Assembly: GCA_030641715.1 (NCBI GenBank)
Contig: DAOWGX010000018.1
Coordinates: 35,752-99,751, forward strand
Length of the DNA stretch: 64,000 nt
Direction of reading: 5' to 3'
Source of the DNA: Nanobdellota archaeon
GTDB taxonomy: Archaea; Nanobdellota; Nanobdellia; Pacearchaeales; GW2011-AR1
The position numbers and the translations under genes were made by a program. Positions 44,213 through 53,176 of the stretch are shown here, piece after piece. Within the stretch, counting starts at the first letter, position 1; every line of letters begins with the position of its first letter. The notes under the pieces were generated by a model that searched no databases, was not told the DNA's origin, and saw only the letters and a program-made list of their open reading frames with translations.

Positions 44213-44797
44213 TTGATAATGGTGAAGGTGTCGCATGTTGTTTTTGGGATTATGGTTGTTTTGGTGATTCTTTTTGGGTTGCTTTTTGTTTTTGGGGATG
44301 AGGTTTTGCGAGTTGTAGATGATGTAATGTCTTCGGGGGGTAGCTCTAGTTCGGAAAATATTGTAGATGATGGAGACGTGGGAGTGGTTAGTGAAGCTGG
44401 AGGAGTTGAAGGTTCGGATGTTGGTGGGAGTGAGTCTGGAGATGTGGGGGAAGTAGCTGATTGTAGGATGCAACAAGTCCAATATTCTTTAAAGAATTTC
44501 AAAAATAGCGTCGAGTGTACGGATATGGGAGAGGTCGGATGTACTAGAGTTGTTGTGAGTTGTTCTATGGAAGTTTATAGTTTCTATGATGGCGTCGGTG
44601 TTTTCGGGATAAGGTACGCTTTGGTTGATTCTGATGATGAAGAGTTGGATTTTGAGTTGATTGAAAAAGAAGTTGAATTTGGGACGCCGGTGGTTTTTTC
44701 GACAGAGTTTGTCAGGAGTGATATGTCTGGTGTTGATGAGGATTTGAGTTGTCCGTTTACTGTTGAGACGGTTCCTCTAAGAGAAGTTTGTAACTAG
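44213..44797 (+). CDS. membrane-anchored secreted protein with Gly/Ser/Asp-rich linker
   Basis: N-terminal TM (VVFGIMVVLVILFGLLFVF), low-complexity linker, Cys-containing C-domain. Confidence 0.45.
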   Translation: MIMVKVSHVVFGIMVVLVILFGLLFVFGDEVLRVVDDVMSSGGSSSSENIVDDGDVGVVSEAGGVEGSDVGGSESGDVGEVADCRMQQVQYSLKNFKNSVECTDMGEVGCTRVVVSCSMEVYSFYDGVGVFGIRYALVDSDDEELDFELIEKEVEFGTPVVFSTEFVRSDMSGVDEDLSCPFTVETVPLREVCN

Positions 44798-44804
44798 GAT
44801 GTTA

Positions 44805-45284
44805 TTAGCCGAAGTAGCCACGTTCTTTTGAACTATTGTCTTCTTCAATGTTTTCATCGAATTTTTCGATAATATTGTAAATTATTTTTTTCAAGTCTTG
44901 CCATTCGTTAAAAGAATTCTCAATGAATTCTGTTTCTGCTTGTTCGGAATAAATCGTGTCTAGCTTTATAGCTTTAATTTGTAACTTTGAAAGTTTTTTG
45001 TAAACTTCTTTGATTTTCTTTTTGTTGTCTTCGTCGATTCCTCTCAGGATGGAGAACATAAACATCGGGGTTGCTGTTGGATTGAGAAGTGTTTCAAATA
45101 GATGGGTATATGCCGAAAGTTTTTCGTTGATTGTTCTTCGGATTTCTCTGATTAGGAAGAGAGATTCTTTGTCTATTGTTTTTTCGATATCGAAATCTTC
45201 CGATAATTCTTTGAAGTCGGGCAACTCGTATTTTTGTTTAAGTTTGTCGTAAGTTACGGCGAGATCGAAGTCTTTATTTTCCAT
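44805..45284 (-). CDS. hypothetical acidic protein
   Basis: 159-aa ORF; ATG 45284 is 25.5 nt from the symmetric TATA at 45305-45314. Confidence 0.45.
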   Translation of the reverse strand: MENKDFDLAVTYDKLKQKYELPDFKELSEDFDIEKTIDKESLFLIREIRRTINEKLSAYTHLFETLLNPTATPMFMFSILRGIDEDNKKKIKEVYKKLSKLQIKAIKLDTIYSEQAETEFIENSFNEWQDLKKIIYNIIEKFDENIEEDNSSKERGYFG

Positions 45285-45304
45285 GGTTAATTCACCAGGA
45301 GAGC

Positions 45305-45314
45305 ATTTATAAAT
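45305..45314. promoter_or_regulatory. palindromic TATA shared by minus gene 44805-45284 and tRNA-Thr
   Basis: atttataaat; exact 25.5-nt spacing to ATG 45284; predicts a plus-strand TSS about 7 nt before the tRNA. Confidence 0.5.
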
Positions 45315-45341
45315 TTAGGGGGTGGGAGATTAGTGTGCTAT

Positions 45342-45414
45342 GCCTGATTAGCTCAGTTGGTAGAGCGTCGCATTGGTAATGCGGAGGTCGTGGGTTCAAT
45401 CCCCATGTCAGGCT
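45342..45414 (+). tRNA. tRNA-Thr (anticodon GGU)
   Basis: hand-folded cloverleaf: GCCTGAT/GTCAGGC acceptor, GCTC/GAGC D stem, loop TTGGTAA, GTGGG/CCCAT T stem, TTCAATC loop. Confidence 0.92.
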
Positions 45415-45512
45415 TTATAGAACACACGACAGTTGTGGGCGAAAGATTTGCTTTGAACAAAAATGATCTAAATTTTGTATATTTTATTTTTGAGAGATGC
45501 AAACTGTGAGTA

Positions 45513-45527
45513 AATCCCCATGTCAGG
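45513..45527 (+). repeat. second copy of the tRNA-Thr 3' 15 nt (att-like)
   Basis: aatccccatgtcagg identical to 45398-45412, 115 nt downstream. Confidence 0.6.
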
Positions 45528-45606
45528 ATTGATCGAACCCAGGGTTCTACTTGTGTTTAGGTCTGTAAGTATTTTAGAATTTGTTCAGACCTAAATAATA
45601 TCTTCC

Positions 45607-48135
45607 TCAAGGATAAACAATATCCTCTTCGGTAATAAGCTTAATTTCAACGTCGTCTATCAACAACTCAGGAACCATTCCAGGTACCCCTCCTGTGTGG
45701 GCTTCAAATCTAACCCACCCCGAAGAGAGAGTGTTTGTAGTATCTTTATGTTTTATTATAAGTTCATCGTTTACGTAAACATTAATAATATCATCATAAC
45801 CTCTTATTTCAAGAGTGTGCCAACCATCATCAAGTCTAAAATCAACTTCCTCGAGTTTTCGCCAGTCCTCGCCAATTTGTTTGTTTAAATTATATACTCC
45901 TACATAATTCATACCAACTAAGTATCTCCTTGCACCGTCTGCATAACCCTCACTTCGTCTAAAATCAACATGTACAGAACCATCTATCATTTTAAATCTA
46001 AATTTGAAAAGATAATTATCCCATATCTTATGAACGTTTGCTCGCTCAACACCAACCAATTTTAGAACTGTATTACCATTTTCTACTACTTCACTTCCAG
46101 CCCCTTCACTGGAAAAAGTCCATTTTTCTAAACCATTTTCAAAATCATCAAAGAAATGGCATTCCTCTTTTAACATATCATTCTTACTAGTACAAACTTC
46201 CCATGGAAATATCTCTGCTAACTCTAAGCACATCTTTTTTATGTCATCCTCAGTTATTTTCTCACATATGCTGATATCTTTTGTAAACTCCGCAGCCTTA
46301 ACATAACATTTGTTTCTTCTGGATTCATCGGAAGTTATTCTTTTACATACGCTGCTGTCCCCAGTCATCTCTGCAACACGAACATAGCAGTCCTCTTTTT
46401 CTTTAACGTCATCTATGTCTTCGCATTTTTCATCAGGCAATATACATCCTTTATACACCTCGCAGTTTTTACCTTCGGGGTGGGGGTCGGTTTGCAATCT
46501 ACCCGCCTTATTTTTACACTTGTTTCCTTTTTTCTCGTCCTCGTCGGTGCAATATTCCCATGGTCGTTCTGGCGGTGCACTAGGGATATCGTTTTTTGTC
46601 AGTTCAAGCTCGGAAGGGTATTTTTTAAGATAAGCATCTGCTATATCTTCTGGTAATGGAAGATGTCTTTCATTTAGAGGTCCTACACCGACTGCAATAA
46701 GATACGCATTATTTATCCATGCCACTATCTGGCCGTTATTGTCTCCAAAAACTTTCTCATCTCCATATTCCTTAAAAATAATATTCCTCTCTTTTGCTAT
46801 TAGCCATTTGACCGAATTGGTTACGTCTTCTTTGTTATCATACGGGCAGAATAGGACTCCATGTTCTACATCTTCTTCATCTTTGTATACTGCAGCGCAA
46901 CATTTTATTGTACCTATATGCTCGCCGTCTTCCGAATATAACGGAGCTTGTGTCTGTTCTTTTATATGTCCGCCCTCGCCATACAGAGATTTTTCATATT
47001 CATATTCCCCAATATTTTTTTCAATCAACAGTTTAGAACACACTTTTTCCATTGGTTCATCTTCGTCTTCTTCTCCGCCAAATAATTTCCTAAACCATTT
47101 AAGAATCTTTTTTATTAAACCCTCGCCGACACATTCTCCTGAAACACAAATATTACTTTTACATTCAAAGTTGTTTTCACAAACTTTTTCATTTTGCTTG
47201 ACGAACTCATAATCCTCGGAACAATAATTCCCTTCTTTCCGGTAGCCCATCGGGTAGCATTTATCTTCGAGTTCACAGCCATTGCATTTGTAAAATATTT
47301 TGTCTTCCGGAATCGCTTTGACTTCTTCTGCCTCTTCTTCAGGGACGCAGTTTCCCATTCCGCATGGAACTGGTTTTTCTTTTTCTTTTCTTTTGATTTC
47401 AATTATTGCGGTGTTTTCGACAAGAGGGCATCCAGAAACTTTAGTTGACATCTTAAATTTATTCTTGCCAAATCGTGAAGGTTCGTTTACATTTATTTTA
47501 TCTCGATGTGTTCTAGAACCCCCACTTCCGGTTTTGTCTTGTCCGATTTCTTTCCATACCCCATTTTCATAGTCGTATACTTGAATATGAAAAGAATAAT
47601 GCGGGAGACTGTTTCCTTGCTCATCGAGGATTTCCATTATAACTTTGAATTCTTCTCCAACAAAATAACTATTTTTGTCAAAAGTTATTTTCAGCTTCGC
47701 TGCGCACGTTTTAGGTTCGACTCCAATATCTGGGCAATCGTTTTCAATAGATTCTTTACATACCCATCCCCACTCGTCGCACGTACACTCGGGAATTTTT
47801 GTTCCGTCCGGGCATTCATAATATTTTACCATCCCTTCCGCGCATTGTTTTCCTATTGGGGGTTCTGGTACGACAGCGATACATTCGCAACCGCAACTTC
47901 CCTGCACAGCTCCTGCCGGACATTCCAAGGTACAAAAAGCCTCACAGCAATCAATATCGCACGTTTCACTTTCTTGGCAAATTCCATCCCCGCAAATTTC
48001 TTCTTCTATTTCTGATGTATCTGTATCTTCAATAGTTTCATTAACAGCTTCGGTATCATTAGATTCAGCAATTACCGAGCCGACGGAGATTAACATTAAA
48101 ATTATTAGTAAACCAGACATCCCCTCTTTTTTCAT
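45607..48135 (-). CDS. large secreted Cys-rich protein with C-terminal LamG/concanavalin-like domain
   Basis: signal peptide MKKEGMSGLLIILMLISVGSVIA; many Cys modules, including repeated C..I..D......CY...AE.T.D...C units; C-terminal jelly-roll-like ~200 aa. Confidence 0.6.
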   Translation of the reverse strand: MKKEGMSGLLIILMLISVGSVIAESNDTEAVNETIEDTDTSEIEEEICGDGICQESETCDIDCCEAFCTLECPAGAVQGSCGCECIAVVPEPPIGKQCAEGMVKYYECPDGTKIPECTCDEWGWVCKESIENDCPDIGVEPKTCAAKLKITFDKNSYFVGEEFKVIMEILDEQGNSLPHYSFHIQVYDYENGVWKEIGQDKTGSGGSRTHRDKINVNEPSRFGKNKFKMSTKVSGCPLVENTAIIEIKRKEKEKPVPCGMGNCVPEEEAEEVKAIPEDKIFYKCNGCELEDKCYPMGYRKEGNYCSEDYEFVKQNEKVCENNFECKSNICVSGECVGEGLIKKILKWFRKLFGGEEDEDEPMEKVCSKLLIEKNIGEYEYEKSLYGEGGHIKEQTQAPLYSEDGEHIGTIKCCAAVYKDEEDVEHGVLFCPYDNKEDVTNSVKWLIAKERNIIFKEYGDEKVFGDNNGQIVAWINNAYLIAVGVGPLNERHLPLPEDIADAYLKKYPSELELTKNDIPSAPPERPWEYCTDEDEKKGNKCKNKAGRLQTDPHPEGKNCEVYKGCILPDEKCEDIDDVKEKEDCYVRVAEMTGDSSVCKRITSDESRRNKCYVKAAEFTKDISICEKITEDDIKKMCLELAEIFPWEVCTSKNDMLKEECHFFDDFENGLEKWTFSSEGAGSEVVENGNTVLKLVGVERANVHKIWDNYLFKFRFKMIDGSVHVDFRRSEGYADGARRYLVGMNYVGVYNLNKQIGEDWRKLEEVDFRLDDGWHTLEIRGYDDIINVYVNDELIIKHKDTTNTLSSGWVRFEAHTGGVPGMVPELLIDDVEIKLITEEDIVYP

Positions 48136-48263
48136 AGGATTATTAACAATTAAATGTATTTAAATTTAATGTTGGGGTTAAAAAAGAAATTATTTTTATA
48201 TTCTGTATAGTGCTTGAATCCTTGGGATATTATCAGGTCCTAATGTTCTTTTGTCCCCTTAGT

Positions 48264-48584
48264 TTATCTCTTTAACTTATCTTCGTCAGAATTATTAATT
48301 TTAATGGCGTTGCCGACTAAGTTTACTGTATCTTTTCCGATGTCAAGGAGTTTCCCCGTCGTTTCCCCAATCCATCCGAAGTAGATATAGGTTGCTTGGA
48401 CGATGCCTCGTGGCGAGGTTATGTCTACTTGTTCTGAGGAAAAAATTCCCATCATTGAAAAGTAAAGTAAGAAGCCGATGATGGCTATGATGGCTATTTT
48501 AACTATCCGGACATGATGGTCCATTCTTAAAAGTGCAAATAGGATTAGTATGAATACTCCCAATATAATCCATTGGATTACCAT
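48264..48584 (-). CDS. small membrane protein
   Basis: start trimmed to ATG 48584 (MVIQWIILGVFILILF..); the longer ORF overlaps the plus-strand phosphatase gene. Confidence 0.4.
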   Translation of the reverse strand: MVIQWIILGVFILILFALLRMDHHVRIVKIAIIAIIGFLLYFSMMGIFSSEQVDITSPRGIVQATYIYFGWIGETTGKLLDIGKDTVNLVGNAIKINNSDEDKLKR

Positions 48585-48644
48585 ACATTTTGAAGGGATG
48601 TCTCTTATAAAAATGTTTTTATATTGATAAAACTTGGATAGCTT

Positions 48645-49229
48645 ATGGAAAAGGGGGGGTTTAAAATTTATTTGTTTAGGCATGGACAGACGACGTTTAA
48701 TCGGGATGGGAGGTTTACAGGGGAGCTGAACGCGAGGTTGACGGAAAAGGGAAGACGGCATGCGGATAAAGTTGCAAAGAAGCTCGAGAATAAAAAATTT
48801 CAAGTTGCGATTCAGACGCATCTTTCGCGTTCTAGGGATACGTTGAAATCGGTTTTGAAGTATCATCCTGAATGTAAGTTGGTTCTCGAGGACGATAGGA
48901 TGATTGAAAGGAGTTATGGTAGTTTATCTGGAAAATTTCATCAAGAGATAATTGGAAAGTATGGACAGGCTCAGTATGATATGTGGCACCGAGGATATGG
49001 AGTCGAGAATCGTCCGCCGAGGGGAGAATGTTTTGCGGATGTTGAGAAAAGGGTTAAGGAGTTTGTTAAAGATTTGGAGAAATTCATGAGGAAGAATGAA
49101 GTTAATGTTGCGATTTCGGCGCATGGGAATTCGATTAGGTTGTTTAGGAAGATTATGGAAAGAGCGTCGAAGAAGGACGTCGTGAGTTGGTTTATTCCTT
49201 ATGATGGGGTGTTTGAATATCTTGTTTAA
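48645..49229 (+). CDS. histidine phosphatase (phosphoglycerate mutase family)
   Basis: YLFRHGQTTFN (RHG motif) ..SAHGNSIR. Confidence 0.8.
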   Translation: MEKGGFKIYLFRHGQTTFNRDGRFTGELNARLTEKGRRHADKVAKKLENKKFQVAIQTHLSRSRDTLKSVLKYHPECKLVLEDDRMIERSYGSLSGKFHQEIIGKYGQAQYDMWHRGYGVENRPPRGECFADVEKRVKEFVKDLEKFMRKNEVNVAISAHGNSIRLFRKIMERASKKDVVSWFIPYDGVFEYLV

Positions 49230-49271
49230 GTAGTTCATAAAGTTTAAATAGTGAGTTGGTTGTTAGGTTCT

Positions 49272-50198
49272 ATGAAGTGGTCATGTTGGTTTTTAATGGT
49301 GTTCTTGCTAGTTGGAACGCTTGGATTTGTAGTGGCTGATGAAGGTTCTGAGGAAGTTGAAATTCCAGAAGCTAGGGAAGTAGGTTTTTTTGAGGATGTT
49401 TTTGACAGGGTAGGATTTGCTTTTATCTTTAATCGGGAACGGAAAATTGAGCGGGCTTTGGAGTTAGCGGAGAAGAGACTGGCTGAAGCTGAAGCGTTTG
49501 CCGAGGAAGATCCTGAAAAGGCTGAGAGAGCTCAGGAGAGGTACGATGCTTTTGTTGCTAAGGCCGAAGAGGTTTTGGAAAAGATTGAGGCGCAGAAATC
49601 AAATGATTGGAATCGTTCGATAAGAGATATGGAGATGATAGCGCGGATTCAGAATAAGTTTGAGAGACATAGGGAACATACTGATGAAATCTATGTTCGT
49701 GCTCTTGAGAGATTTAGAGAGAACAATGCCAGCGAGGAGAAAATTGAAAGGTTCGAGAATTTTTATGAAAGAGCTTTGAATCGTAGTGATAGAATGGAGG
49801 CAAGGATTCTCCAGAAGAGGGAAGCTGCTATTGAGAGGCATAAAGTTATAGCTGGAAAATCTGACGAAGAACTTGAAGAAATTTTAGAGGAAATTGAATC
49901 TGAAGAGGGTTTAATAGAATCTCGTGAAAAAAGACTTGAGAGAGTAGAAGTTAGGGCTGAAAGATTTATTGCCGTTCATGAGGTGAGGCTCGAGAATGCT
50001 CAAGTTCGTTTGAATGGTTCTAATTTATCGGATGAACAAAAAGCTAGGATACAGTCTCATCTTGGTAAGTTGGATCAGAGGCTGGATGCTTTTAGAGTGA
50101 AGTCTGTTGAGAGGATTGAAGTTGCACAAGAGAGGCTTGGAGAAGCTGTGGTTTCTGAAGAGGTTACGAGTAGCGTGGCTGTTATGGCTTGGGAGTAA
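49272..50198 (+). CDS. secreted coiled-coil protein
   Basis: signal/TM MKWSCWFLMVFLLVGTLGFVVA followed by Glu/Arg-rich helical repeats. Confidence 0.4.
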   Translation: MKWSCWFLMVFLLVGTLGFVVADEGSEEVEIPEAREVGFFEDVFDRVGFAFIFNRERKIERALELAEKRLAEAEAFAEEDPEKAERAQERYDAFVAKAEEVLEKIEAQKSNDWNRSIRDMEMIARIQNKFERHREHTDEIYVRALERFRENNASEEKIERFENFYERALNRSDRMEARILQKREAAIERHKVIAGKSDEELEEILEEIESEEGLIESREKRLERVEVRAERFIAVHEVRLENAQVRLNGSNLSDEQKARIQSHLGKLDQRLDAFRVKSVERIEVAQERLGEAVVSEEVTSSVAVMAWE

Positions 50199-50335
50199 GT
50201 AATTTTTTATACCCTTGGGGGCTTTTGTTTTTTAACTATTGGAAATACAAAAGCTTTTATAATTAGATAAGTTTTCTTATGATAATAAAAGAGGTAGAAT
50301 AATGTTCTTTTCGAAGGGCATACTAGAAAACAAAA

Positions 50336-51241
50336 ATGATGAAATTTGAGGTGGTTAGTTTTGGAAGTGCTGTTGTCGACGCTTTTGTAGATACCGAGTT
50401 TAATAAGAAGAGCAATTCGTTTAGTTATCCTGCTGGTTCTAAGATTCTCGTCGATGATTTGAAATTTGATATAGGTGGCGGGGCGACAAATGTGGCGGTT
50501 GCTTTTGCTCGTTTGGGATTGGCGACGGGTTGTGTTTGTAAGGTTGGCGACGATAATAATGGGGTGGATGTTTTGGATATGTTGGGGAAGGAGAATGTGA
50601 AATTTCTTGGTTCGAAGACGAAGGGTAAGACTGGATATTCTATTGTTCTCGACAGCAAGGACAGAAGTAGGACTATCTTGACGTTTAAGGGTCCGGGGAA
50701 TGATATAAAATTGGATGAGGTTCCGAAGTTTAAGACTGATTGGTTGTATTTCTCTTCGGTGCTTGGGATGAGTTTTCGGACGCAGGAGAAACTTGCGAGG
50801 AAGTTAAAAAAGGAAGGCACGAGGTTGGCGTTTAATCCTAGCGGGTATTTGATTAAGCGGGAAGATTTGAGGTCGATTTTAAAGTTGTGCGATGTTTTGA
50901 TTTTGAATAAAGAGGAGGCGGAAATGTTGTGTAGAAAGTATAAGAAGAGGGGAGATTTAATGGTTTGTTTAAGGGGGTTGGGACCGAGGATTGTTGTTAT
51001 AACTGATAAGAATAAGTTGATAAGTTGCAGCGACGGGAATAAGGAATATTTTTTGAAGCCAAATAAGGTTAAGGTTGTCGAGAGAACTGGGGCGGGGGAT
51101 GCGTTTGCTTCGGGATTTGTTGCGGGAGTGATTGCGGGGAAGACGATTCCCGAGAGTTTGAGGTTGGGTTTGAGGGAGAGTGAATCTGTGATTAGATATT
51201 TTGGGGCGAAGAATAAATTGTTGAGGTTTAAGTTGAAATGA
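50336..51241 (+). CDS. PfkB-family sugar kinase
   Basis: ribokinase-like GG motif (DIGGGATN) and C-terminal TGAGDAFASGF. Confidence 0.8.
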   Translation: MMKFEVVSFGSAVVDAFVDTEFNKKSNSFSYPAGSKILVDDLKFDIGGGATNVAVAFARLGLATGCVCKVGDDNNGVDVLDMLGKENVKFLGSKTKGKTGYSIVLDSKDRSRTILTFKGPGNDIKLDEVPKFKTDWLYFSSVLGMSFRTQEKLARKLKKEGTRLAFNPSGYLIKREDLRSILKLCDVLILNKEEAEMLCRKYKKRGDLMVCLRGLGPRIVVITDKNKLISCSDGNKEYFLKPNKVKVVERTGAGDAFASGFVAGVIAGKTIPESLRLGLRESESVIRYFGAKNKLLRFKLK

Positions 51242-51429
51242 AAATAGAAAAGTTTGCGTCGAAAGTTGATATGTTAGGTATTTTAGGTTTCATGTATATA
51301 ATTATTTATTCTATTATTGTTTTAAGAGGGGAGTTTAGGGTTATAAGTTTGATATTGTTATTAATTGGAATTGGAGGTTTCTGTGTTGATTTTTTTATTG
51401 TTTATAATTCTTATAGAAAATGGAAGTAA
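51238..51429 (+). CDS. small two-TM protein
   Basis: 63-aa hydrophobic ORF, ATGA-coupled to the PfkB gene. Confidence 0.35.
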   Translation: MKIEKFASKVDMLGILGFMYIIIYSIIVLRGEFRVISLILLLIGIGGFCVDFFIVYNSYRKWK

Positions 51430-52172
51430 AATTAAATAAAATTCTCAGAAAAGGCAAGGTGTTGTTTTTAGCTTATGACCAGGGGTTGGAACATGGACCG
51501 ACGGATTTTAATGATAAGAATGTTGATCCTGCGTATATTATAAAGATTGCAAAAGAAGGAAGGTATACCGGACTTGTTTTTCAGAAAGGGATAGCGGAAA
51601 AATATAATGAGGAGATAAGATTGAGTAAGGTTCCTTTGATTGTTAAGCTTAATGGAAAAACGAATTTGGTCGGGGGTGAGCCTGTTTCGGGACAGCTTTG
51701 TACTGTTGATGAAGCTATTGGGTTGGGTGCGGTTGCCGTGGGGTATACCATTTATATCGGGAGTGAACATGAGGAAGAAATGTTGTCTGAGTTTGAGGAT
51801 ATTCAGAGGAAGGCGCATAAGAAAGGTTTGCCAGTGGTTTGTTGGATTTATCCTCGGGGGAAAGGGGTTTCGGGGAAGAAGAAAAAAGATTTGATGGCTT
51901 ATGCTACTCGGGTCGGGTTGGAGATTGGTGCGGATGTTATTAAGATTCAATCGAATGGGAAGAAAGATGATTTGGCTTGGGCGGTGAAGAGTGCAGGGAA
52001 GACTCGGGTCGTGATTGCTGGGGGGAAGAAGAAGGATGAGGGAGATTTGATTTGGGAGATGCGGGATGCGATAGATGTTGGGTGTGCGGGGTTTGCTATT
52101 GGGCGGAATGTTTGGCAGAGTAAAAATCCTTTGAGGATTTCGGAAAAGATAAGGAAGGTGATTTGGAGATGA
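51420..52172 (+). CDS. fba: class I fructose-bisphosphate aldolase (DhnA/FbaB archaeal type)
   Basis: LFLAYDQGLEHGP, ADVIKIQ (putative Schiff-base Lys), GFAIGRNVWQ. Confidence 0.8.
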   Translation: MEVKLNKILRKGKVLFLAYDQGLEHGPTDFNDKNVDPAYIIKIAKEGRYTGLVFQKGIAEKYNEEIRLSKVPLIVKLNGKTNLVGGEPVSGQLCTVDEAIGLGAVAVGYTIYIGSEHEEEMLSEFEDIQRKAHKKGLPVVCWIYPRGKGVSGKKKKDLMAYATRVGLEIGADVIKIQSNGKKDDLAWAVKSAGKTRVVIAGGKKKDEGDLIWEMRDAIDVGCAGFAIGRNVWQSKNPLRISEKIRKVIWR

Positions 52173-53176
52173 AGATTGGGTTTTTCGAAGTAGAAGACTG
52201 GGAAGAGGAATATCTTAAAGCTAAGTTGAAGAATCATAATTTGGTTTTTTTTAAGGACGTTTTGGATGATAAAAATGCGAGTTCTGTTGAAGATGTCGAC
52301 GCTGTCTCGGTTTTTATTTACTCTAAAGTTGATAAGGAAATTTTAAAGAAATTTAAAAGATTAAAGGCTGTGATTACTCGGTCTACGGGTTTTGATCATA
52401 TAGATGTTAAGGAGTGTGGGAAAAATAATATTTCTGTTTTGAATGTTCCTTATTATGGGGAGAATACCGTCGCTGAACATACCTTCGCGTTGATTCTTTC
52501 TTTGTCAAGGAAGATTCATAAGTCTTACGAGAGAACTGTGAGGGGGAATTTTTCCTTGGAGGGATTGAGAGGTTTTGATTTGAAAGGGAAGACTATTGGG
52601 ATTGTTGGGTTGGGGCATATCGGAAAACATGTGGCACGGATTGCGAGAGGGTTTTATATGAATATTCTAGTTTATGATTTGCATAGAGACAAGGGGGCTG
52701 AAAGGAAATTTGGTTTGAAATATGTTTCTTTGAAAAATTTGTTGAAAAATTCGGACATAATAAGTTTGCATTGTCCTTATAATAAAAAGACTCGTCATTT
52801 AATAAATGGTAAAAATATGAAATTAATTAAAAAGGGCGCGTACATTATCAACACAGCAAGGGGAGGACTTATTGAAACAAAAGCTCTTGTAAAAACTCTG
52901 GCTAAGGGAGATTTGGGAGGAGTAGCCTTGGATGTTTTAGAAGAGGAATCGTTGATTAAAGAAGAAATGCAATTGTTGTCTAAGAATTTTCCAAAAGAGA
53001 ATCTTCAGAATTTACTTGAGAATCATTTGTTGTTGACTTTTGATAATGTAATTATAACACCTCATAACGCGTTTAATAGTCAGGAAGCGTTGCAAAGGAT
53101 TTTGGATGTTACGATTGAGAATGTCGAGGGTGTTGCAGGAAAAATTAAATGTAAAAATATTGTGAAAAATGATTGA
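52163..53176 (+). CDS. D-isomer-specific 2-hydroxyacid dehydrogenase
   Basis: GIVGLGHIGKHVA NAD-binding loop, NTARGGLI, ITPHNA. Confidence 0.85.
   Translation: MEMKIGFFEVEDWEEEYLKAKLKNHNLVFFKDVLDDKNASSVEDVDAVSVFIYSKVDKEILKKFKRLKAVITRSTGFDHIDVKECGKNNISVLNVPYYGENTVAEHTFALILSLSRKIHKSYERTVRGNFSLEGLRGFDLKGKTIGIVGLGHIGKHVARIARGFYMNILVYDLHRDKGAERKFGLKYVSLKNLLKNSDIISLHCPYNKKTRHLINGKNMKLIKKGAYIINTARGGLIETKALVKTLAKGDLGGVALDVLEEESLIKEEMQLLSKNFPKENLQNLLENHLLLTFDNVIITPHNAFNSQEALQRILDVTIENVEGVAGKIKCKNIVKND

Noticed and set aside
48585-48866. N-terminal 94 codons of the 200-aa minus ORF 48264-48866, which overlap the start of the histidine phosphatase gene
   Set aside because: The extension is a basic, low-complexity antisense translation of the plus-strand gene. 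A hydrophobic, membrane-protein-like sequence begins only at ATG 48584.
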